A DNA stretch of 28,794 nt, taken from positions 1-28,794 of IMG/VR virus record IMGVR_UViG_3300046005_001196; one strand, 5' to 3'. Within the stretch, counting starts at the first letter, position 1, and the number at the start of each line of letters is the position of its first letter. Below the pieces are notes generated by a model, which was not told the DNA's origin, ran no database searches, and was given only the letters and a program-made list of their open reading frames with translations. Below are positions 9,506 to 16,031 of this stretch, piece after piece. The DNA comes from a virus (lineage: Duplodnaviria; Caudoviricetes). Both the position numbers and the translations under genes were made by a program.

Positions 9506-9529
9506 ACCAGAAAGAGGAGAAATAAAATG
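9506..9529 (+). repeat. Conserved leader/RBS block ACCAGAAAGAGGAGAAATAAAATG
   Basis: Identical 24-mer at 18833-18856; near-identical copy at 10975-10997. Confidence 0.9.
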
Positions 9530-9643
9530 GATGCACATGTTGATGAATATTATGCTTACTGGGAAGCGGTAGAAGCAGAGGAAGCTAACGATCAAATGCG
9601 CGCCGCCGAAGGTGCTTGGGAAGATGCAGGGTGCTATTCATGA
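9527..9643 (+). CDS. Small acidic early protein (38 aa)
   Basis: Strong RBS GAGGAG; MDAHVDEYYAYWEAVEAEEANDQMRAAEGAWEDAGCYS; stop overlaps next start. Confidence 0.75.
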   Translation: MDAHVDEYYAYWEAVEAEEANDQMRAAEGAWEDAGCYS

Positions 9644-9852
9644 AACTTACAACAACCCTAGCAAGAATCCGCAGACTCAGAGCAAAAATAGCCTACTCAC
9701 GGATCGCCCGCACAATCCTGCGCCCACTCACGGCGGAAGGGTGCCGCACTCACTGGTTGCAAGGCGCGTTAGCTGGTGATGATCATGCATGGCATATTGT
9801 CCGGTATAGCAAACTGCGCGGCCTGGTGCAGTGGATTGCCATTCATAGATAA
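9640..9852 (+). CDS. Hypothetical basic protein (70 aa)
   Basis: ATGA overlap with previous gene; N-terminus MKLTTTLARIR resembles that of the next gene. Confidence 0.6.
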   Translation: MKLTTTLARIRRLRAKIAYSRIARTILRPLTAEGCRTHWLQGALAGDDHAWHIVRYSKLRGLVQWIAIHR

Positions 9853-9865
9853 GAGGAGAATCAAA

Positions 9866-10558
9866 ATGACCCAACTTACAACAACACTAAACAAAATCCG
9901 CAAATGCAGCCCATGCGAGTCGGGGTGGAAAATTCTGCTCAAGCACCTCGACAAAACTGAGGCGGACGATGAACCACTGCTCTTTAGTGTTATCGTTGAG
10001 TCAAACGGTCTCACTTATGCTTTGTGGTGTACACGCGCTGCGCCTGAATATGACAAGGAGTGGAGGTTGTTTGCGGTATGGTGCGCCCGGCAGGTGCAGC
10101 ACATAATGGTAGATGTGAGGAGTATAGCTGCAATAGATGTTGCGGAACGATTCGCGCATGGAAGAGCTACAGATGAAGAGCGAGCAGCTGCGAGGGATGC
10201 TGCGAGTGATGCTGCGTGGGCTGTTGCGAGGGATGCTGCGAGTGTTGCGAGGGCTGCGTGTGCTGCTGCGAGTGTTGCTGCGTGGGATGCTGCGTGGGAT
10301 GCTGCGAGTGATGCTGCGTGTGCTGCGAGTGCTGCGAGTGTTGCTGCGAGTGATGCTGCTGCGTGGGATGCTGCGAGTGATGCGACTGCTGTTGCGACTG
10401 CTGCTGCGAGTGTTGCTGCGTGGGTTGCGAGTGATGCTGCGTGGGCTGCTGCGAGTGCTGCGACTGCTGCTGCGAGTGCTGCGTGGGCTGCTGCGAGTGC
10501 TGCGACTGCTGCTCAAAAAACCGAGTTCTTACGTGTCGTGTCGGGAGCACTAAAATGA
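9866..10558 (+). CDS. Phage protein with Imm5-like core and Ala-rich AAxD/A repeats
   Basis: Start reassigned to ATG 9866 (RBS GAGGAG). TTLNKIRKCSPCESGW, RLFAVWCARQV, AAIDVAERFAHGRATDEE, then AAW/AAR/AAS repeats. Confidence 0.8.
   Translation: MTQLTTTLNKIRKCSPCESGWKILLKHLDKTEADDEPLLFSVIVESNGLTYALWCTRAAPEYDKEWRLFAVWCARQVQHIMVDVRSIAAIDVAERFAHGRATDEERAAARDAASDAAWAVARDAASVARAACAAASVAAWDAAWDAASDAACAASAASVAASDAAAWDAASDATAVATAAASVAAWVASDAAWAAASAATAAASAAWAAASAATAAQKTEFLRVVSGALK
10187..10513 (+). repeat. Coding tandem repeat, ~12 nt unit GCTGCG-(AGG/AGT/TGG/TGT/ACT)-(GAT/GCT/GTT)
   Basis: Directly visible; encodes the Ala-rich tract and explains several overlapping spurious ORFs. Confidence 0.95.
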
Positions 10559-10719
10559 ACCCACCACTCACACCCGCCGAAAAGCTCGCCGCAGCAATCG
10601 AGTACCTGCGCACACGAGGCAAATACCTGCCCGATCAAGCCTGCACATTCAAGCCAACCAGCGCGATGAACACCGATGTCGCGGCCACTTTTGCACAACT
10701 ACGAAAGGAAGCAAAATGA
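10555..10719 (+). CDS. Hypothetical protein (54 aa)
   Basis: Start reassigned to ATG 10555 (RBS GGAG, ATGA overlap): MNPPLTPAEKLAAAIEYLRTRGKY... Confidence 0.7.
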   Translation: MNPPLTPAEKLAAAIEYLRTRGKYLPDQACTFKPTSAMNTDVAATFAQLRKEAK

Positions 10720-10805
10720 AACATTTCATCCTTGACTGCGTACTGCCGATATTATTCGGCGCGATTGTCGCGTTCCTGTTCGTCTACGCGGTACTCAGCG
10801 CATGA
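10716..10805 (+). CDS. Small membrane peptide (29 aa)
   Basis: Manual translation MKHFILDCVLPILFGAIVAFLFVYAVLSA; RBS AAAGGA; ATGA overlaps at both ends. Confidence 0.7.
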   Translation: MKHFILDCVLPILFGAIVAFLFVYAVLSA

Positions 10806-10993
10806 AAGGCGGCGCGCGACCCGGAGCAGGGCGCAAGCGTCTGCCACCCCACCTCCGCAAGAGCAACATCACAGTGCGCGTAACCCCTGCCGTCGCGCAA
10901 TGGCTGCGCGCACAGGAACAAAGTTACTCAGCATTGATTAACGCGCTACTCGCCACCGCGATGTGGCAAGACCAACCAGAAAGAGGAGGATAA
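10802..10993 (+). CDS. Ribbon-helix-helix DNA-binding protein, BrnA-like
   Basis: GGARPGAGRK followed by ITVRVTPAVAQWLRAQEQSYSALINALL, resembling the BrnA antitoxin C-terminal RHH. Confidence 0.65.
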   Translation: MKGGARPGAGRKRLPPHLRKSNITVRVTPAVAQWLRAQEQSYSALINALLATAMWQDQPERGG

Positions 10994-10994
10994 A

Positions 10995-11186
10995 ATGAAT
11001 CCAATTGTAAAAATATTAATGGAACGAGACGGGTTGACGGAACAAGAGGCCAAACAACGACTGCGGCTTGCACAGAATCGTGTTCTTGGAGGAGAAGACC
11101 CGGAAGAGGTGTTGTTTGATGAGTTCGGCATTGAGCCGGATTATGTGTTCGATTTGATCGATGGAATGTACGAGGTGGTTCGATGA
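10995..11186 (+). CDS. Hypothetical acidic phage protein (63 aa)
   Basis: Strong RBS block; ILMERDGLT...DPEEVLFDEFGIEPDYVFDL. Confidence 0.8.
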   Translation: MNPIVKILMERDGLTEQEAKQRLRLAQNRVLGGEDPEEVLFDEFGIEPDYVFDLIDGMYEVVR

Positions 11187-11479
11187 AAGACCCAACTTGC
11201 ACGGCATTGCTTTTTGATGAGCTGAAGGTCGCGAAAGATTTTAGAAGCGTCGCGCAGCTGATGGAATACACAAGACTTGATAAATTTCACGTGATGCACA
11301 CCCTGTATTACTTGAAGAAATGCAAGGCTGCCGACCTGGTCTCAGACTGCTCCGGCACATGGTGGTTTGCGACCCCGTCAACAGACAAAAGAATTTGCCA
11401 AATGGCAACAAGAAAGATCGAAAACGAACCAAGGAGGAAAAATGCGAACATTCGTATTCAAAAGAAACTTAACTGTTGA
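11183..11479 (+). CDS. Hypothetical protein, possible winged-helix
   Basis: RBS GAGG, ATGA overlap; helix pattern SVAQLMEYTRLDKFHVMHTLYYLKK followed by a beta-hairpin-like segment. Confidence 0.65.
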   Translation: MKDPTCTALLFDELKVAKDFRSVAQLMEYTRLDKFHVMHTLYYLKKCKAADLVSDCSGTWWFATPSTDKRICQMATRKIENEPRRKNANIRIQKKLNC

Positions 11480-11636
11480 AGAGATCTATTCCGTGCAGAT
11501 GTCAGACAAAATGGCAAATCCGTCTGTCGCACGCAGCATGTTGATGAGGCAACTCGCAAATGAGCAATTGACAGATGCCGTCAAATTAACCAACTCGCAA
11601 GTTATTAATACAGGGAGGATTGGCAAATGTCTATGA
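11442..11636 (+). CDS. Hypothetical protein (64 aa)
   Basis: Start reassigned to ATG 11442 behind AGGAGG. Confidence 0.65.
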   Translation: MRTFVFKRNLTVEEIYSVQMSDKMANPSVARSMLMRQLANEQLTDAVKLTNSQVINTGRIGKCL

Positions 11637-12214
11637 ACGTTCTTAATATCTTCTCTATGGCATCATCACTCTCGTCGATGCAGAGGTATTCTCAGACTTT
11701 CCTCAACAAAAAAGAGTCGGTGCTTGAGCACACAGGGTTCGTTGTCTTGTTTTGTTGCCTTGTGGCTCAAGAATTAATAGCAATAGGAAGGAAAGTTGAT
11801 TTAGGATTGCTTTTGAGCAAGGCCGCGTTGCATGATATTGATGAGATAATAACAGGTGATATTCCAAGGCCAACGAAATACTTTGATGAAGAGACCCGGA
11901 AGAACTTTGAAAAAATCGAAGTTTCTGGGATGGTCAATTTGATTAAGAGCATGGACTTGTGTCAATCAACTTTTCTTATTTGGAAGGGAAGTAAGGACGG
12001 TTACGAAGGCACGATTGTCGCAATTGCTGATGTTGCTGCGGTCGCATTTAAGTCTTGGGAAGAGACAGAATTATTGGGCAATAAAATGTTTTCCCACAAT
12101 GCCAATAATTTGGAGAGCCACCTTAATAAGATTTTATTGTCTGTGGATGATGAGTTCTTAAAGGGAATTGTTGTTGATCTTCTTAAATTAACAAGGAAAG
12201 CACAATGGAAATAA
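11627..12214 (+). CDS. HD-domain deoxynucleotide phosphohydrolase (YfbR/DatZ-like)
   Basis: R-Y..., ESVLEH, ALHDIDEIITGDIPRPTK and distal AD motifs typical of YfbR-type HD enzymes. Confidence 0.88.
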   Translation: MSMNVLNIFSMASSLSSMQRYSQTFLNKKESVLEHTGFVVLFCCLVAQELIAIGRKVDLGLLLSKAALHDIDEIITGDIPRPTKYFDEETRKNFEKIEVSGMVNLIKSMDLCQSTFLIWKGSKDGYEGTIVAIADVAAVAFKSWEETELLGNKMFSHNANNLESHLNKILLSVDDEFLKGIVVDLLKLTRKAQWK

Positions 12215-13221
12215 CAGTTCTTAAAATTGATTCTTTAGACATTCTAAATGAGGCTTGGAAAATTTCCAGACCCGGTGAGAGTTCAGAAGAAGTTTCAAAA
12301 ATACTATCAATTGATGCTCCAATTAATGATATTCCGTGCGCTGTTCTGCACATCACCAGCTCAATTGCAGAGAGGGAGGTGTTCGCCTCCTCCAGAGACC
12401 ATGTTATGTGGGCAAAGACATCCAGGGTATCAGACCCAACTGAATGGGGAATTCCGCTTGTTGGCAACCTGAAGGCTCTTCACGAAGAGCAGCTTGCAAT
12501 GAAGGCTTCCGGAGTGTCGCAAGATATCTACAGGATGCACATGCCGCTTGGGGCGATAACAGAATACACGATCAAGATTAGCATTAGAAGTCTGGTGAAA
12601 TTATCGGATTATTTTAAATACCTGAGCATTGATAATTCTGCTCTTGAAAAAGTTTTATCAGACTGGATTATGGAAGCTCCTCGGCCAAATTATAAACTGA
12701 CAAAATTCATGTCAAGAATAAATAGCTCTGGCAATGGTATTGTTGGTGATTTTCTAATTGTGACAATCAAGGCGTCGCTCGCTCTTCGGGCACAAGCTGT
12801 TCGTCACAAGCAATTCATCATCAAGGACGGTCTGGAGGAAATGTTGCTTGGTGGCGCATTCGAAGGGGTGTCGATCAAAACAGAAATTGATATGCAGCTT
12901 TGCGCCTCCATTGATTTTTGGAAGTCAATTCTGGAAAAAAGAAGTTGTTGGATGGCGCAGTACGGCTTTTGGTCGGACGTAATCATTCTTGTGCAGCAAT
13001 ATATTCCGCTCTCTGAGAATATGTTGCCGTGCAAGGAGTATTGCGTATTTGGGAAAGATGCGGAGCTTCGGTACACGGACAAAGATCCTGGCAGTCCGTG
13101 CCCGAAGCACATCATAATCAACAAGCGTGTGATTACAGAGCAACAGCTTGTTGACATCAATAAACAGTATGAGTTGGAGAAACGTCCACAATTTTGGAGG
13201 AAAATAATAAATGAAATTTGA
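12205..13221 (+). CDS. Divergent tandem ThyX-like (flavin-dependent thymidylate synthase fold) protein
   Basis: First half: AWKIS, AKTSR, SGVSQDIYRMHMPLGAITEYTIKISIRSL parallel ThyX AARVS, ELSGR, SGVPREVARIVLPL..T.....NARSL. Second half: AQAVRHK and KRSCWMAQ parallel Q..RHR and LR....AQ. Confidence 0.7.
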   Translation: MEITVLKIDSLDILNEAWKISRPGESSEEVSKILSIDAPINDIPCAVLHITSSIAEREVFASSRDHVMWAKTSRVSDPTEWGIPLVGNLKALHEEQLAMKASGVSQDIYRMHMPLGAITEYTIKISIRSLVKLSDYFKYLSIDNSALEKVLSDWIMEAPRPNYKLTKFMSRINSSGNGIVGDFLIVTIKASLALRAQAVRHKQFIIKDGLEEMLLGGAFEGVSIKTEIDMQLCASIDFWKSILEKRSCWMAQYGFWSDVIILVQQYIPLSENMLPCKEYCVFGKDAELRYTDKDPGSPCPKHIIINKRVITEQQLVDINKQYELEKRPQFWRKIINEI

Positions 13222-13699
13222 TCAAGTTTATGTGTATATTGCTGCACCGTTTTTTAACGCGGAACAGATCAAGATCGTGCAAGACATCGAAGACACGCTC
13301 CGCACAGCAGATGTGAAATTCTTTTCACCAAGAAGTGAAGGGGTGTTAATAGAGATCGCGCCACAGGATCGCGCAGCTCATCTTGAAAGGGTATACCAAA
13401 GTAACGTAGAGCATATGATGGATTGCAATGTGATGCTGGCGGTTGTTGATGGAAGAGACATCGGCACCATGTTCGAGATTGGATTCTTTGCGTCAAAAAA
13501 ACTCACAAACAAAGATAATTTATCAATCACATTTACTGATAAGTCCTTCGGGTTGAATGTGATGATACAGCAAAGCGTCGACGGACACTTGAAAGGTGTT
13601 GGTGATTTAACTATGCTTCTTGAGATGGTAAAATACAATGGCGGTATTGGTGAAGAGCAGCTGTCATTTTTTAAAGACTTCAATCAAAATGTTTATTAG
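13211..13699 (+). CDS. Nucleoside 2-deoxyribosyltransferase / nucleotide N-glycosidase family protein
   Basis: YIAAPFF, FFSPR, DIGTMFEIG (catalytic Glu) and LNVMI motifs of the NDT/DNPH1/MilB family. Confidence 0.9.
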   Translation: MKFDQVYVYIAAPFFNAEQIKIVQDIEDTLRTADVKFFSPRSEGVLIEIAPQDRAAHLERVYQSNVEHMMDCNVMLAVVDGRDIGTMFEIGFFASKKLTNKDNLSITFTDKSFGLNVMIQQSVDGHLKGVGDLTMLLEMVKYNGGIGEEQLSFFKDFNQNVY

Positions 13700-13709
13700 G
13701 GGACTCAAA

Positions 13710-14060
13710 ATGATCAAAAGAGCTATGCAAGAAATTGTTGCTGAATATAATTCACTTACAGGGCAAAACGTAAAGAGATTTGCGACAGCTGAAATCGGAG
13801 AGAAGCGACTCGCGCTTGCGAAGGGGAGCAAGCCTGTTCCTGTCCTAAAAACCAAGCCTATTCCAAAATGGAAAATGGCAGGAATTACGGTTGATGGATG
13901 TCCTTATCGAAGCATAAAGGAGGCTTTTGATAAACTCGGTCTGCCGCTCAACAAGCATGGCAAGTTAAGGTTGAGGCTGAAAGCTTCTGGCAAAGAAATT
14001 TTTGAGCACAACGGGAAGCAATACCACTTTGGGCTAATTGAACAAGGGAAATTATTATGA
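13710..14060 (+). CDS. Basic hypothetical protein, possible DNA-binding (NUMOD1-like HTH)
   Basis: Start reassigned to ATG 13710 (RBS AGGGG). ITVDGCPYRSIKEAFDKLGL; ends QGKLL. Confidence 0.7.
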   Translation: MIKRAMQEIVAEYNSLTGQNVKRFATAEIGEKRLALAKGSKPVPVLKTKPIPKWKMAGITVDGCPYRSIKEAFDKLGLPLNKHGKLRLRLKASGKEIFEHNGKQYHFGLIEQGKLL

Positions 14061-14566
14061 TTCCGGGAGCAGAATTGATTCGCTCACAAGGTGATGTGCG
14101 CACGGCATTGATGCATGTGGCCGCTGAAATTAATGCCAGACTGGCTAATACGAACCCATTGGTGCTGTCCGTGATGGACGGAGCCGTGGTATTTGCAGGG
14201 CAGTTGTTGCCACTTCTAAATTTCCCTCTTGAATTTGGGTGTTTGCACGTTTCGCGCTACGGCAACGACAAGCACGGGGGAGAGGTTCGTTGGAGAACCG
14301 AGTCAAAAAATCCAGCAGGTCGCGTGGTGCTGGTGCTGGACGACATTTTGGACGAAGGGGAAACATTATACGCTATCAAGCAGCGCATGGAAGAGCTTGG
14401 GGTGACAAAGTTTTATAGTGCCGTTTTCGCCGACAAGGACAATGGCAAGACCAAGCCGATACGCGCCGATTTTGTCGGACTTACCTTGCCAGACCGTTTT
14501 GTATTTGGCTACGGGATGGACATTGAGGGTGCGTGGCGCAATTTGCCTACAATTTATGCATTATAG
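14057..14566 (+). CDS. hpt: Hypoxanthine-guanine phosphoribosyltransferase
   Basis: PRPP-binding motif VLVLDDILDEGETL, HVSRY flexible loop, FVFGYGMD...WRNLP.IY. Confidence 0.95.
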   Translation: MIPGAELIRSQGDVRTALMHVAAEINARLANTNPLVLSVMDGAVVFAGQLLPLLNFPLEFGCLHVSRYGNDKHGGEVRWRTESKNPAGRVVLVLDDILDEGETLYAIKQRMEELGVTKFYSAVFADKDNGKTKPIRADFVGLTLPDRFVFGYGMDIEGAWRNLPTIYAL

Positions 14567-14574
14567 AGGACATC

Positions 14575-14880
14575 ATGAAAAAATCAGTGCCTACAATACT
14601 CACAGAGGCTGCAAAGACATACGAAGAGCGCAACAAGATTTATGGAGACACTTATAAAAACTTTGGTGGAGCGATGGCAGCTGCTTTCCCAAACGGGTTG
14701 GTCGTTAAAACTGCGGACGACTGGAATCGAATAGGTTTGCTGGTTCAAATAATGGGCAAGGTCACGCGCTATGCAGCCCAGTTCGAAAATGGCGGACACC
14801 TGGACAGCGCACACGACGCCTGTGTGTACGCGGCGATGCTTGAGGAGTTGACCGTTGAATATTCCTCAGTCGGGAGTTAA
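14575..14880 (+). CDS. All-alpha MazG-like / nucleotide-modification-associated (DUF1599/DUF6378-like) protein
   Basis: Start reassigned to ATG 14575 (RBS GAGGA). ERNKIYG, K.TRY and HLDSAHDACVYAAML pattern. Confidence 0.65.
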   Translation: MKKSVPTILTEAAKTYEERNKIYGDTYKNFGGAMAAAFPNGLVVKTADDWNRIGLLVQIMGKVTRYAAQFENGGHLDSAHDACVYAAMLEELTVEYSSVGS

Positions 14881-15013
14881 TCAACAGAAGGTGAAATTCT
14901 TCCAAGAGATTGCGCACGCATTCCAATTCTTGTCGCTGTACCATTCGTTGTCTGAGGAAGATCAATTGTCCGTTATGCAAATGCTAACAAAATTACAAGG
15001 TAAAAATAAATGA
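14855..15013 (+). CDS. Small hypothetical protein (52 aa)
   Basis: TTG start behind GAGGAG; MNIPQSGVNQQKVKFFQEIAHAFQFLSLYHSLSEEDQLSVMQMLTKLQGKNK; stop overlaps the HNH ATG. Confidence 0.55.
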   Translation: MNIPQSGVNQQKVKFFQEIAHAFQFLSLYHSLSEEDQLSVMQMLTKLQGKNK

Positions 15014-15507
15014 GTTCCCACAGACCTCCTCCCGTCAAAGGGAAAGCGTGGCAGCAATTGTCTTTTGAGGAAAGATTCAGTGCAAGTTTCACAATCAACA
15101 AAGACACTGGTTGCTGGGAATGGGACAAGGTGCACCCGACAAATGGTTATGGAGGAATTGTCTTTGGAGGGAAGCAACTCAGTGCTCACAGAGCATCATG
15201 GATATTTCACAAGGGGTTGGAGAAAGAAACTGATTGTGTCTTACACAGGTGTGATAATCGCCGATGTGTGAATCCTGACCACCTTTATGTCGGTGACAGA
15301 AAACAAAACCGAAAAGATTTCATGGAGCGCCACCCTAGGGCAAAAGAGCTTGTCGACATTGGACAGAAAGCGGCAACGAAAGGATCAAAGAAAAAGTGGG
15401 ACTCGATGACTGTTGAGCAAAGAAAAGATTTCTGTAAAAGAAGAGCAGAAGCTCAAGCCAAGAATGTTCACAACAGAGTCAAGAAATACAAAAGGAGAAC
15501 GACATGA
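15010..15507 (+). CDS. HNH homing endonuclease
   Basis: CWEW, GYG, AHRASW, VLHRCDNRRCVNPDHL..G...N..D; basic C-terminal tail. Confidence 0.9.
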   Translation: MSSHRPPPVKGKAWQQLSFEERFSASFTINKDTGCWEWDKVHPTNGYGGIVFGGKQLSAHRASWIFHKGLEKETDCVLHRCDNRRCVNPDHLYVGDRKQNRKDFMERHPRAKELVDIGQKAATKGSKKKWDSMTVEQRKDFCKRRAEAQAKNVHNRVKKYKRRTT

Positions 15508-16031
15508 CCATTTCCATTATACTGGATTGTGAAACAACGGGCTTGCCGCTCCCGGACTGCGCAGATCTGGACAAACAGCCATGCATCATCGAGCTTGCCG
15601 TTGCCAGAATCGAGGGTGGTAAGATCGTCGCCGAACACTCATGGTTGATGAATCCTGAGCGTCCGTTGGAAGCGATTATTACCAAGATAACAGGGTTGAA
15701 AGACGAAGACCTGGTCGACAAGCCAAAGTTCCGAGAATTGCTAGGCGAAATCGAAGAAGCATTCGGCGGTGCAGATCAACTTATAGCCCACAATGCACCG
15801 TTTGATGTAGGGTTGCTAGGGTTTGAGTTGTCCAGAGCCTGCAGGACTGGTTTCCCATGGCCTAAAACGACGATATGCACCGTACAGGAGTTCTTCCACG
15901 AGAAGGGCAGGAGATTGACACTTGCCCAGCTGTATGAATTGAAGCTCGGACGGCCTTTAGCGCAGACACACAGGGCAATGGATGATGTCAGAGCACTTGC
16001 TGAAATTTGCATTCACGAGAGGATTGTATGA
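15504..16031 (+). CDS. dnaQ: DnaQ-like DEDDh 3'-5' exonuclease (Pol III epsilon-like)
   Basis: Exo I LDCETTG, Exo II AHNAPFD, Exo III HRAMDDV; RBS AGGAG. Confidence 0.93.
   Translation: MTISIILDCETTGLPLPDCADLDKQPCIIELAVARIEGGKIVAEHSWLMNPERPLEAIITKITGLKDEDLVDKPKFRELLGEIEEAFGGADQLIAHNAPFDVGLLGFELSRACRTGFPWPKTTICTVQEFFHEKGRRLTLAQLYELKLGRPLAQTHRAMDDVRALAEICIHERIV

Noticed and set aside
10001-10622. Ser/Arg-, Leu/Arg-, Gln/His- and Cys-rich ORFs, and possible CRISPR-like repeat
   Set aside because: All are other frames of the 12-nt Ala repeat; there are no unique spacers, so not a CRISPR array.
11627-14880. 2-aminoadenine (Z) or 7-deazaguanine pathway
   Set aside because: HD and MazG-like genes fit, but no PurZ, QueC/D/E, FolE or DpdA motifs are seen in the window; they could lie elsewhere in the genome.
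14855-15507. Second duplicated-N-terminus HNH insertion at dnaQ
   Set aside because: The 52 aa ORF upstream of this HNH shows no similarity to the DnaQ N-terminus; treated as an ordinary free-standing HNH.
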